Counted from the first letter of the stretch, positions 28,395 to 37,594 are shown. The stretch: 64,000 nucleotides of DNA from an uncultured Dehalococcoidales bacterium (GCA_964386535.1 CAYLRY010000008.1:6579-70578), one strand, 5' to 3'. Translations and numbers: made by a program. Notes: generated by a model not told the origin, from the sequence alone.

Positions 28395-29711
28395 ATGACA
28401 AAGGGACAAAGATGGGAAACCAGGCCGCTGGAAAGCTGGGCAAAAGCCAAAGATATGCGGGCCAGATTCGAAAAAGCAGTACGCACGGCCGGGCAGGAAA
28501 AAGTTCTGCTGGCCCAGGGTGGCACTACTTCTATCTGGGCTTTTGCCTTTCCCGCAATCCGCCTGGTGGAAGATAATCCGCTGGGCGCTATGATGGCGTT
28601 TCAGAGTGATAAATTTTCGCGGGAATGCCGTCTGGCCTGTGAGATCAGAGGATGGGGTAGGGAGATCTGCGGTTATCAGTTAAACTGCTGGGGCGCCCAG
28701 TACCTGGACCGTCAAATAGACGGTAGCAAGTTCCCGCTGAGGGATATGGTAATTCCCATGCCGCATCCGTGTGATTCTCATACCAAGAGAGGCCAGCTTC
28801 CCATGGATTACTCAAATATCCCCCGCTGGCAGAGCGATACACCGGTACACACAGATGAACCGGACCCTGTTAGAGAGCAGGAAATGATCGAGAACAAGGT
28901 GGGCTGTATTCTGGATGAAATCCAGGATGTGGAAAGGATCACCGGACAGAAATTTGACGATGAAAAATTTAAAGAAGCCCTTATCAACCAGTGGAAATAC
29001 CGGGAATATGCCGGAGAAGTCTGCTGCATGATTCAGCATGTGCCGGCTCCGCTGGGACAAAAGGAACTGTACTCTTTTTATACCCTGGGCAGCCTGACCA
29101 AGACCGATCCGGCTGAAACGGTGGAACTCTGGAAAATGTTGAGAGACGAGGTCAAATGGCGAACCGAAAATAATATTGCTGCGGTGGGCACAGAAAGGTA
29201 CAGATGGATCGAGCATCATCCACCTCCATGGCATTTTTTGAAATATTACCGCTATATGGAGCAATACGGCGCTGTTTGCATTGGATCACTGTACAGTCAT
29301 ATGATGGGCATTCCTTATGAAATCAACGAAAAAGGTGAATATGTATCCGCCAAAACACCCCTTCAATTAGGAGTACCTTTAGAGACCCGTGAACAATGCG
29401 TACGGGCACTGGTGGGTACCATTATGGGCGGTACCGGTCAGCAGTGGGATGATCTACTGGGCTGGCATCAAATCCGGAATATGGCTAAATATTTCAAGGT
29501 AGATGGAGCTGTCTTGGCACTATGGCGTAGCGGTATAGGCTGCACTTATTTAAGGAAAAAATGCGGTCTGGTTTTAAGTGAAATGGGCATACGTGTGATG
29601 CATTATGAAGGTTCGCAGCCAGGCGATCGTACGGATATGGATGAAAACCGCATGCTGGATCAATTAGATGTCTGGATGGAAACACAGGGATTGCGGAAGC
29701 TGGAGGAGTAA
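28395..29711 (+). CDS. BcrB/BzdO/HgdA-family subunit
   Basis: 438 aa. The N-terminus WETRPLESWAKAKDMRARFEKA, multiple Cys residues and the size match the beta subunit of class I benzoyl-CoA reductases and dehydratase alpha subunits. Confidence 0.8.
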   Translation: MTKGQRWETRPLESWAKAKDMRARFEKAVRTAGQEKVLLAQGGTTSIWAFAFPAIRLVEDNPLGAMMAFQSDKFSRECRLACEIRGWGREICGYQLNCWGAQYLDRQIDGSKFPLRDMVIPMPHPCDSHTKRGQLPMDYSNIPRWQSDTPVHTDEPDPVREQEMIENKVGCILDEIQDVERITGQKFDDEKFKEALINQWKYREYAGEVCCMIQHVPAPLGQKELYSFYTLGSLTKTDPAETVELWKMLRDEVKWRTENNIAAVGTERYRWIEHHPPPWHFLKYYRYMEQYGAVCIGSLYSHMMGIPYEINEKGEYVSAKTPLQLGVPLETREQCVRALVGTIMGGTGQQWDDLLGWHQIRNMAKYFKVDGAVLALWRSGIGCTYLRKKCGLVLSEMGIRVMHYEGSQPGDRTDMDENRMLDQLDVWMETQGLRKLEE

Positions 29712-29722
29712 AGGAGATTGAA

Positions 29723-30496
29723 ATGATAACCGCAGGCATAGATTTAGGGATAGAGAGCATCAAGGTGGTAATCCTGAAAGACGGACTTGTGATATCCCGC
29801 AGTATAGCTTCATCAGGCGGCGCGGATAGGAGGGAGAATGCAGAAAAAGCCTGGCAGGAGGCTCTTAAACCGGCCGGGCTTAGAGCAGAGGACGTCAGCA
29901 AAGTGGTGGCGACAGGTCAGGGCAAGTACGATGCTCGCTTTGCGGTTGAACAGGTGGTGGAGCCGGTGGCAGCAGCCAGAGCGGCCCGTTTTCTCTATCC
30001 TTCAGCCAGAGCTGTGGTAGATGCCGGTGCAGACCAGGTACGCGTAGTAATATTGGGGGCTTCCGGTAATATTACGGAAACGGTGCTGAACCAGAAATGC
30101 GCTGCTGGCATCGGCATTTTTTTACGCTCTATAGCCCGGAGGTTAGGCTTGTCCCTGGAAGATATGAGCAGGTTGGCAGGCAAAACTAAAAGCAGGGTTG
30201 TGGTCAATGATAGCTGCGCGGTTTTTGCCGAACTGGATGCTATTGCACTGGTACAGGATGAGATCCCTTTGCAAGACATAGCCCAGGCTATTCATGAGGC
30301 CATGGCAGTTAGAATCAACTCAGTCCTTAACGATAAAATCGTTCCGGATAAAAATAATACCGTCCTGGTCGGAGGTCTGGCCAGAAATAAGGGTATTGTT
30401 AAAGCATTGAAGAAATGTTCGAAGAACAATTTTTTGATTCCTGCTGATCCTGAATACGCTTGTGCGCTGGGAGCAGCGCTTATTGCCGCAGGATAG
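29723..30496 (+). CDS. BadF/BadG/BcrA/BcrD-type ATPase (activase/electron-activating subunit), copy 1
   Basis: 257 aa. The ASKHA N-terminus is ITAGIDLGIESIKVVIL. Cys126 (NQKCAAGIG) and Cys165 (NDSCAVFAE) are present. Confidence 0.85.
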   Translation: MITAGIDLGIESIKVVILKDGLVISRSIASSGGADRRENAEKAWQEALKPAGLRAEDVSKVVATGQGKYDARFAVEQVVEPVAAARAARFLYPSARAVVDAGADQVRVVILGASGNITETVLNQKCAAGIGIFLRSIARRLGLSLEDMSRLAGKTKSRVVVNDSCAVFAELDAIALVQDEIPLQDIAQAIHEAMAVRINSVLNDKIVPDKNNTVLVGGLARNKGIVKALKKCSKNNFLIPADPEYACALGAALIAAG

Positions 30497-30733
30497 AGAT
30501 GATACCAATATGTGATTTTAAGATAGGAGAGTAAAAAGACCGGACTGCTGGTTTGAATTAATGGCTGAACCTGATACCGGTGTCAGGCCAAAGATAAAAA
30601 ATTTATCCAGGCAAATGAGGTAAGTACGATAAATATGAGCAGCATTATTATCATTTATAGAAAATGATATTGAAAATTAGCTATTATTAGTAGTATTTAA
30701 TTAATATACCGGTTTCTGACAGGAGGTCTTACA

Positions 30734-31591
30734 ATGGCTCAAGAATACTGGAAATGGCCGGAGTCCAGGTGGGCATCCGGTGATATTGATTGGGAAAAGG
30801 CAAAAGTAATTACAGCCGGAGTGGACGCCGGTGCAGTCAGCTCCCAGGTTGTCATAATGTGTGACGGTGAAGTTTTTGCTTATTCTAACCTGCGTACCGG
30901 TCCAAGAAGCCGAGAAAATGCCAGGCGGGCCATGGACAGTGCTCTGGAAGGAACAGGGATGAAGCTTAATAATATTGACACTATCGTAGCTACCGGTTAT
31001 GGTAGTACAGGTGTATCCTTCGCTATGAAAGAGATTAACGAGACCATCTGTCATGCCCGGGGCGCCCGTTTCATGTTTGGTCCCCAGGTGAAGACTGTGT
31101 TTGATATGGGAGGACAGACCGCCAAGGCTATTAAACTCTACGGCTGGGACAGGATTGCTGATGTGGCTTTTAATGATAAATGCGCTGTGAGTATGGGATG
31201 GGGAATTGAAGTTCTGTCTGACCTTATGCATGTACCTGTGACAGAGATGGGGGAAAGGTCACTGGCTGTTAAGCAGGATCCAGAACCGGTGAGCACCACC
31301 TGCTATGTCTTCGCCAATACCGAAGCCGTCGGTATGCTCCGTTCAGGCCTTTCAGAGAATGAAGTGCTTGCTTCATACCTTTTTGCAATAGCCTGGCGTT
31401 TACAAGGTCTGCTGGGACGCATTAATCCGGAGAAGGAGTATGCTTTCACCGGCGGTATGGCCAAAAATCCAGGCATTGTGAAAAGGCTGGAAAGAGAAAT
31501 GGGCATTACCGCCCTGAGTTCCAAGTATGATCCACAGTTGGCCGGGGCGATTGGAGCTGCATTATTGGCTTCGGAAGTTAAACAATATTAG
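30734..31591 (+). CDS. BadF/BadG/BcrA/BcrD-type ATPase, copy 2 (distinct paralog)
   Basis: 285 aa. ITAGVDAGAVSSQVVIM; Cys150 (NDKCAVSMG) and Cys190 (STTCYVFAN). AGGAGG SD. Confidence 0.85.
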   Translation: MAQEYWKWPESRWASGDIDWEKAKVITAGVDAGAVSSQVVIMCDGEVFAYSNLRTGPRSRENARRAMDSALEGTGMKLNNIDTIVATGYGSTGVSFAMKEINETICHARGARFMFGPQVKTVFDMGGQTAKAIKLYGWDRIADVAFNDKCAVSMGWGIEVLSDLMHVPVTEMGERSLAVKQDPEPVSTTCYVFANTEAVGMLRSGLSENEVLASYLFAIAWRLQGLLGRINPEKEYAFTGGMAKNPGIVKRLEREMGITALSSKYDPQLAGAIGAALLASEVKQY

Positions 31592-31616
31592 AAAATTAAA
31601 ATTAAGGATCTGCGAA

Positions 31617-32882
31617 ATGATACGCTCCCCTGGTCAAAAGACTGTTACAGAGGGTATGCTGAGTCCGTACAGAGTCCTGGATCTGGCAGATGAAAAAGGG
31701 GTATTTTGCGGTAAAATCCTGAGTGATCTCGGCGCCGACGTGATTAAAATTGAAAGGCCCGGCGGGGATGCCATGCGCCGCCTGGGCCCTTTTTTTCATG
31801 ATAGTCCTCATCCTGAAAAGAGCCTCTTCTGGATGGCCTATAATACCAATAAACGTGGAATTACTCTTAATATTGAAACCTCTGACGGCCGGAAAATCCT
31901 CAAACAATTGGTGAAAACAGCGGATATCATAGTAGAGTCCTTTTCTCCGGGATATCTGGAGAAATTGGGACTGGGATACACGGACCTGGAAAAAATAAAC
32001 CCCTCGGTTATTCTGGTTTCCATCTCCCCTTTCGGGCCAACTGGGCCTTATAAGGACTATAAAGCTCCGGATATCGTGGCCTGGGCCATGGGTGGGGAGA
32101 TGGCTCCCTTCGGCGAAATAGACCGTCCGCCGATCCGGATTGGTTACCATTCACAGGCGTATCTCAACGCAGGCGCTGACGCTGCTATGGGGGCTTTACT
32201 GGCGCTTTTTTCTCGCTCGAATACGGGGGAAGGGCAGCAGGTTGACGTTTCGATCCAGGAATCAGTAGTACACTCTACTGAGCATATTACCTCCCGCTGG
32301 GATCTGCTGAAATTTCTTCAAAACCGGGTAAACGGAGCCGGCAATTATGGCCTTACCCTGACCAGAATCTGGCCCTGTAAGGACGGCTATGTCTCCTGGT
32401 TTTACTGGGAGGGTGTTATGTCTATCCCCACCAATGTTCCCCTGGTTAAATGGATGGAAAGTGAAGGTATGGCAGATGAGTTCATCCTGAAATATGATTG
32501 GAGCAAGTTCGGCCCTGAGACTACTCGGGAAGAACTCGACCATATTGAAGCTATTACAGCCAAATTTTTTCTAGCTCACACTAAAGCCCAGCTTTTTGAA
32601 GGTTCAGTAAAAAGAAATGTCCAGGTCTATCCTGTCTCTACAGCCTCAGACATGCTAAACGATCCTCAGCTCATCTCCAGAAAGTTCTGGGTAGAGGTGG
32701 AGCATCCAGAACTGGGTACATCAATTACCTTTCCCGGAGCTTTTGCCGCCACTATAGAGGCAACTCCCCAAATATCGCGCCGTGCGCCGCTTATTGGTGA
32801 ACACAATCAGGAAATTCTGGAAAAAGAACTGGGAATATCCCATGAACAAATATTGCTCTTAAAACAGGCAGGTGTGATTTAG
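31617..32882 (+). CDS. Family III CoA-transferase (CaiB/BaiF), copy 1
   Basis: ATG 31617 is preferred to the track start at 31527, which overlaps the upstream gene. YRVLDLADEKGVFCGKILSDLGADVIKIERPGGD is the family III signature region. Confidence 0.85.
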   Translation: MIRSPGQKTVTEGMLSPYRVLDLADEKGVFCGKILSDLGADVIKIERPGGDAMRRLGPFFHDSPHPEKSLFWMAYNTNKRGITLNIETSDGRKILKQLVKTADIIVESFSPGYLEKLGLGYTDLEKINPSVILVSISPFGPTGPYKDYKAPDIVAWAMGGEMAPFGEIDRPPIRIGYHSQAYLNAGADAAMGALLALFSRSNTGEGQQVDVSIQESVVHSTEHITSRWDLLKFLQNRVNGAGNYGLTLTRIWPCKDGYVSWFYWEGVMSIPTNVPLVKWMESEGMADEFILKYDWSKFGPETTREELDHIEAITAKFFLAHTKAQLFEGSVKRNVQVYPVSTASDMLNDPQLISRKFWVEVEHPELGTSITFPGAFAATIEATPQISRRAPLIGEHNQEILEKELGISHEQILLLKQAGVI

Positions 32883-32901
32883 CCCGTTAAGGAAGGAAGC
32901 T

Positions 32902-34086
32902 ATGCCTCCAAAATTATTAGAGGGTATAAAGGTAGTGGATTTTACCTGGCATCTCACGGGTCCTTTGACCACCAAGTTTTTATCCGATTGCGGGGCTGAA
33001 GTAATACATGTGGAGAGCCGGAAAAGGCCAGATATTCAGCGAGTTAACGATAGTAAAGGCAGTTTTAACCAGTATCATACCGGAAAGCTGGGCATCACTC
33101 TTAACCTGTCCATGCCTGCCGGACTGGAACTGGCCAAACGTTTGATTGCCCGCGCGGATGTGGTGGTGGAAAATTTCTCCGGCGGGGCGATGGAAAGAAT
33201 GGGGCTGGGATACGAAGTGCTTAAAAAAATAAAGCCTGATATTATCATGCTAAGTTCATGTATGCAGGGGCAAACCGGACCCCATGCCAGGCTTCCGGGG
33301 TCAGGGCATAAATTAACAGCCCTGTCAGGATTCAGCACCATTACCGGCTGGCCTGATCGCCTGCCGGGAAATATTTTGGCCTATACCGATTTTATCGGCC
33401 CCCGTTTTAATGTAATCGCCATCCTGGCTGCCCTGGAATACCGGCGGCGTACCAGCAGAGGACAATACCTGGATATGTCACAATACGAAAACGCCATTCA
33501 TTTCATGACGCCTCTGATACTGGATTATGTGGTAAATAAAAGACTAGCCGGACGACAGGGAAACCGGTGCGATTATGCCGCCCCTCATAATGCATATAAA
33601 TGCCAGGGAGATGACCGCTGGTGTGTCATTGCTGTTTTTACAGATGAGGAGTGGCAGAGCTTATGCCAGGTGATCGGTAATCCTTCCTGGACTAAAGATC
33701 CGAAATTTGCTACTCTCCTGGGAAGGAAGCAAAATGAAGATGAACTTGACCGCCTTCTGGGAGAATGGACGATTTCCCGCTCCGCTGAAGAAGTAATGTC
33801 TTTAATGCAGGCCAGAGGCGTAGCCGCAGGTATAGTAGCTACTGGAGAAGACCTGATGGAGCGAGACCTCCAGCTTAAACACCGGCAGACATTCGTTAAG
33901 CTTGAGCACCCTGTAATAGGGGAATATCGCACCCAGACCGGACTGCATTGCACTTTATCCAAAACCAAAATTGATTTGAAACGCGCCCCTTTGCTGGGAG
34001 AGCATAATGAATATGTTTTTAAAGAAATTCTGGGTTTGCCGGATGAAGAATATAATAGCCTGGTAAATGGTGGGATTATCAACTGA
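32902..34086 (+). CDS. Family III CoA-transferase (CaiB/BaiF), copy 2
   Basis: 394 aa. LEGIKVVDFTWHLTGPLTTKFLSDCGAEVIHVES, with APLLGEHNE near the C-terminus. Confidence 0.85.
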   Translation: MPPKLLEGIKVVDFTWHLTGPLTTKFLSDCGAEVIHVESRKRPDIQRVNDSKGSFNQYHTGKLGITLNLSMPAGLELAKRLIARADVVVENFSGGAMERMGLGYEVLKKIKPDIIMLSSCMQGQTGPHARLPGSGHKLTALSGFSTITGWPDRLPGNILAYTDFIGPRFNVIAILAALEYRRRTSRGQYLDMSQYENAIHFMTPLILDYVVNKRLAGRQGNRCDYAAPHNAYKCQGDDRWCVIAVFTDEEWQSLCQVIGNPSWTKDPKFATLLGRKQNEDELDRLLGEWTISRSAEEVMSLMQARGVAAGIVATGEDLMERDLQLKHRQTFVKLEHPVIGEYRTQTGLHCTLSKTKIDLKRAPLLGEHNEYVFKEILGLPDEEYNSLVNGGIIN

Positions 34087-34183
34087 CATTGCTGTAACAT
34101 TATCTTCATTTTTCTTTTCTAGCCTCTATCTTAGATGCTAAATTCGCCCGTACAGCAAAAAAGCAAGGAGGGTATAGATTACC

Positions 34184-35503
34184 ATGACAGAAGCCAGGAA
34201 AATTCCCGTAGAGGATCAAAGACTAATAGACATTGTTCAGAAAAAGCATGGCAAGAGCATCGAGGAGCTTCGCCATGAAAGAGAAAAGAGGCTCTGGGAT
34301 GCCGTGGAGTTGAAAGTGCCTGACAGGGTACCGGTAATATTCGGAGGCACATTCTTTGCCTGCAAGTATGCCGGCATTCCTTACTCGGCTGCCTATTATG
34401 ATACTGCCGCCTGGAAGAACGCCTTTAAGAAAATGATCGTGGATATGGACCCGGATTCATACGGCTGGGAGCCACGAGAGTCGGGTTTAGCGCTCGAAGC
34501 TCTTGAGTCGAACTACACCCGCTGGCCCGGCGGACCTTTACCGCCGGATGTGCCTTTCCAGATCGCAGAGAAGGAATACATGAAGGCAGATGAGTACGAC
34601 CTTTTCCTCACAGATCCTTCTGACTATATGCTGCGGTATTTACTGCCCCGTGTTTATGACGCCTTACAGCCGCTGACCAAATTACCCCCCCTGATGGGCT
34701 TTGGTGCTAACTTGGAGCCGGTTGCCAGATTGCTGGTATCTCCGGAATTCGAACCGGTAATCAAGGCAATGAAAAAAGCCGGTGATGCTGAGGCGGAAAA
34801 GCAGCGGCTGATCAGTACCATGACGGAAGAAATGGCTGATCTCGGGTTCCCCCTGCCGTTGAATCCTACCGGTGGGATTATACCCCCGTTCTCCAGCTTC
34901 AGCAACACTTTCCGCACTTTTAACGGCGTGGTTATGGACATGTTCCGCCGGCCTGATAAACTCAAAGCAGCGCTGCAATTGATGCTCAACATTCGCATTG
35001 CCCGAGCCAAACCAGCCGTAAAATCACTGGGACATCCCACACTGGGAAGCTCAGGAGAGGCGCACCGCGTTTCGGATGAATTCTTCTCTAACAAACAGTT
35101 CGAAGAATTTGTCTGGCCATACTGGAAGCAGGCCATGGATAAGACCTATGAACTGGGATACGATATCATCTTCATGTTTTTTGAAGGAAAGCGTGATAAG
35201 CAGCTTCATTATTTTACCCAGTACCCGAAGAGAAGTATGCTGATACGTTTTGCAGAAACCGATATTTTCCGGGCCAAGGAGATCCTGGGAGAAAAAGCCT
35301 GTATCATGGGCAATGTCCCTATTACCATGCTCCAACTCGCGTCACCTTCTGTGGTGGAAGAATACTGTAAGAAGCTGATTACGCAGGTCGGGAAGAACGG
35401 CGGCTTTATCCTTAGGTGCTCTACTGACTTCACACAGGAAGCCAAACCAGAGAATGTGAAAGCAATGATAGATTCGGTAGAAAAATACGGCCGGTACTAT
35501 TGA
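34184..35503 (+). CDS. Uroporphyrinogen-decarboxylase (URO-D) family protein, long form
   Basis: 439 aa. EKRLWDAVELKVPDRVPVIF and the overall pattern resemble URO-D/MtaA-family proteins of anaerobes. It is ~90 aa longer than HemE. Confidence 0.6.
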   Translation: MTEARKIPVEDQRLIDIVQKKHGKSIEELRHEREKRLWDAVELKVPDRVPVIFGGTFFACKYAGIPYSAAYYDTAAWKNAFKKMIVDMDPDSYGWEPRESGLALEALESNYTRWPGGPLPPDVPFQIAEKEYMKADEYDLFLTDPSDYMLRYLLPRVYDALQPLTKLPPLMGFGANLEPVARLLVSPEFEPVIKAMKKAGDAEAEKQRLISTMTEEMADLGFPLPLNPTGGIIPPFSSFSNTFRTFNGVVMDMFRRPDKLKAALQLMLNIRIARAKPAVKSLGHPTLGSSGEAHRVSDEFFSNKQFEEFVWPYWKQAMDKTYELGYDIIFMFFEGKRDKQLHYFTQYPKRSMLIRFAETDIFRAKEILGEKACIMGNVPITMLQLASPSVVEEYCKKLITQVGKNGGFILRCSTDFTQEAKPENVKAMIDSVEKYGRYY

Positions 35504-35577
35504 TTAATTCGTTCCTTTCCCAAAAATCAATTGATTTATTAGATTCGGACTGATAGAATATACCTAGAAAAAATAAG

Positions 35578-35598
35578 GGTGATGAAGCTCACCCAGGG
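35578..35598. repeat. Left arm of a 21-nt inverted repeat (GGTGATGAAGCTCACCCAGGG)
   Basis: 19/21 identical, including 16 contiguous positions, to the reverse complement of 36078-36098. Confidence 0.8.
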
Positions 35599-35637
35599 TT
35601 GTCAGGATAAATCCCTGAACTGTCCATCAAAGCTGAT

Positions 35638-35673
35638 AGCTTCTACTGGTTACTAACTAGTAGGAGCTTTTTT
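35638..35673 (+). terminator. Putative rho-independent terminator after the cluster
   Basis: An imperfect hairpin: AGCTTCTACTGG pairs with CTAGTAGGAGCT, followed by TTTTTT. Confidence 0.45.
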
Positions 35674-35891
35674 ATGTCTACAACTCTAAAAATATGGGTG
35701 AAAGGGTATATTCAGCAAATATTGAAACAGTGAAATAAAGTGTAAATAGAATTTTGAGCAGGTAAAACATATTAAGGTTAACTCTCGTCTTATGGAAGAT
35801 GTAATGAATAATAGACTTCAGAACAAACATAAGGCATGGTGTGGGTTATGAGTGGACTTGCTAACTTTACTACAATAGTGAACAGCAATGT

Positions 35892-36104
35892 CTAGAGCCG
35901 TCCAGGAGCTTCAACGGTACAAGCAAGCTCTCCGGTCTTGCCATAGGAACTCTTCTTGCCAGTTACTGTAATACATGTGATTACCTCGCCGTGCCTGATC
36001 GTGGATCTGTTGGAAAACGTCTCGCCGTATCCTTTAGTTACCTTGATCGATTCGCGTGTCAAGGCAGAAGGAATTATCCCCAGGTGAGCTTCATCACCGG
36101 ACAT
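35892..36104 (-). pseudogene. P-type ATPase (type III-like) actuator-domain fragment
   Basis: The 70-aa ORF SALTRESIKVTKGYGETFSNRSTIRHGEVITCITVTGKKSSYGKTGEL matches the conserved SALTGESxPVxKxxGDxVxSGSTxxxGExxxxVxxTGxxTxxGKxAxL block. No flanking P-type ATPase domains are present. Confidence 0.7.
36078..36098. repeat. Right arm of the 21-nt inverted repeat
   Basis: CCCCAGGTGAGCTTCATCACC. It lies at the 5' end of the ATPase fragment. Confidence 0.8.
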
Positions 36105-36109
36105 AGATA

Positions 36110-37315
36110 TTAATTTGATCGTCGAGTAAAAAACAACAACGCTATTGCAATTATTTCCATAATCACCGCGAAAACAAATATATAAACGATGGAGACTTCA
36201 TAAAGGAACCCCATCGCAGTACTTCCCAGAAATAATGATAAACCATAAAGCGTGTTGAAAATGCCATAAGCGCTACCCCTCCTTTCCATTGGGACCATAT
36301 CGGCTATTGCTGCTCGCATAATAGTCTCATGAATACCCATCACAGCACCCCATATCACTATAGCCCCCAGTATTAATCCGTAGGATTGTGAAAATCCCAG
36401 CAACGGAATAGGCATAGTCAATACAGGAACAGCTATTAAAACCTTCAAGCCTTTTTTATCATAGGTCTTGCCAATGATTAAGGCCACAATTGCGTCGACT
36501 CCCATAGCCACTGCATAAAGAATCGGGATCTGAGCATCAGAAATGATTGCTTGAGCCTTTACATGGTAAGCGATAAGCTGAAAGCTGGCAAAACCTGTTC
36601 CGGCCAGAAGGACAAAAAAACCATACAGCCAAAATACCCGGCCAAGTCTGGCTTTGGGGGGTTGTATATTGGTTTCGATTTTAGTTTCCAGCTTTTCTGG
36701 AACCGGAGCTTTCCGATTCGCAAATACCAGGGCCGCGACACATAGCACAACGGGTAACCAGAGTAAATTAAAGCCTGGCTGATAGGCCTGGCTCTCCAAC
36801 AAAGCAAATGACAGGATAAGAGGGCCAATAATAGCTCCGACCTGATCCATCGCCTCATGAATCGCAAACGCCCAACCCCTGCCAATATTTTTCCCAGCGT
36901 AAGAGATTATTGTATCCCGTGCCGGGCTTCTAATAGCCTTGCCGATACGCTCTAAAATGAGAAGCAGCGCCGCAAGTTGCCAGCAACCTGCGAAGGCTAA
37001 CAGGGGAATAGCTGCAATCAGGCCGTAGCCGATAAATGTCAGCGCCCAATAGGCTTTAGTGCGGTCTGCAAAATATCCTGAAACAATCCTTAACCCATAT
37101 CCAAGAAACTCACCAGCCCCGGTAATAAGACCGACCATTGCGGCGCTGGCTCCTAACGTCGCTAGATAAGGACTGCTGATACTCCGGCCTCCTTCGTAGG
37201 CAATATCCCCAAACATGCTGACGATACCGAGAAGCATAACAAGCTGGAATGCCGTCTTGCGATAGTCTTTCTTTTTTGATTGCCCGGAATTTACGTGGAT
37301 TTCTTCTTGTTTCAT
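36110..37315 (-). CDS. MFS transporter
   Basis: 12-TM MFS pattern (LGIVSMFGDIAYEGGRSISSPYLATLGAS...GYFADRTK). ATG 37315 is preferred; the track start at 37399 lies inside an upstream domain remnant. Confidence 0.8.
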   Translation of the reverse strand: MKQEEIHVNSGQSKKKDYRKTAFQLVMLLGIVSMFGDIAYEGGRSISSPYLATLGASAAMVGLITGAGEFLGYGLRIVSGYFADRTKAYWALTFIGYGLIAAIPLLAFAGCWQLAALLLILERIGKAIRSPARDTIISYAGKNIGRGWAFAIHEAMDQVGAIIGPLILSFALLESQAYQPGFNLLWLPVVLCVAALVFANRKAPVPEKLETKIETNIQPPKARLGRVFWLYGFFVLLAGTGFASFQLIAYHVKAQAIISDAQIPILYAVAMGVDAIVALIIGKTYDKKGLKVLIAVPVLTMPIPLLGFSQSYGLILGAIVIWGAVMGIHETIMRAAIADMVPMERRGSAYGIFNTLYGLSLFLGSTAMGFLYEVSIVYIFVFAVIMEIIAIALLFFTRRSN

Positions 37316-37329
37316 GACGGTTGCTCTTT

Positions 37330-37594
37330 CAGAATCCTGCCATTCTATCTTAATTCCTAATGATTTTACACCTCGGCTGGCTAGGTATTTCAGTTCCATG
37401 GCAACTGATTCAGGAAGAATTACCTCGGTCTCTTCGCCAAACTTAAAGGACTTATTCTCAAGTTTATCGATGATTTCTTTTAACCTGGTTAGCAGTTGGT
37501 CCCTTGAATATACTGCCTGAATATTTTGTTGACCCCCTTTTGCTTCTTCCTTAAGCTTTAGAATTGGGATAAGGTTTTGAGGGTATTTTTTGTA
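37330..37594 (-). pseudogene. Amphi-Trp-domain-like remnant, in frame with and upstream of the MFS gene, no canonical start
   Basis: The stop-free frame reads KEEAKGGQQNIQAVYSRDQLLTRLKEIIDKLENKSFKFGEETEVILPESVAMELKYLASRGVKSLGIKIEWQD. This resembles small amphi-Trp domain proteins, which end in the pattern L-I-x-I-E-W. No ATG/GTG/TTG occurs between the upstream stop (37597-37595) and ATG 37399. Confidence 0.35.

Noticed and set aside
28812-35136. Large antisense ORFs across the radical-enzyme/CoA-transferase cluster (28812-29264, 29494-29901, 30701-31231, 31602-32150, 33585-34109, 34654-35136).
   Set aside because: Each is embedded opposite a gene with clear family motifs. This is the typical shadow-ORF pattern.
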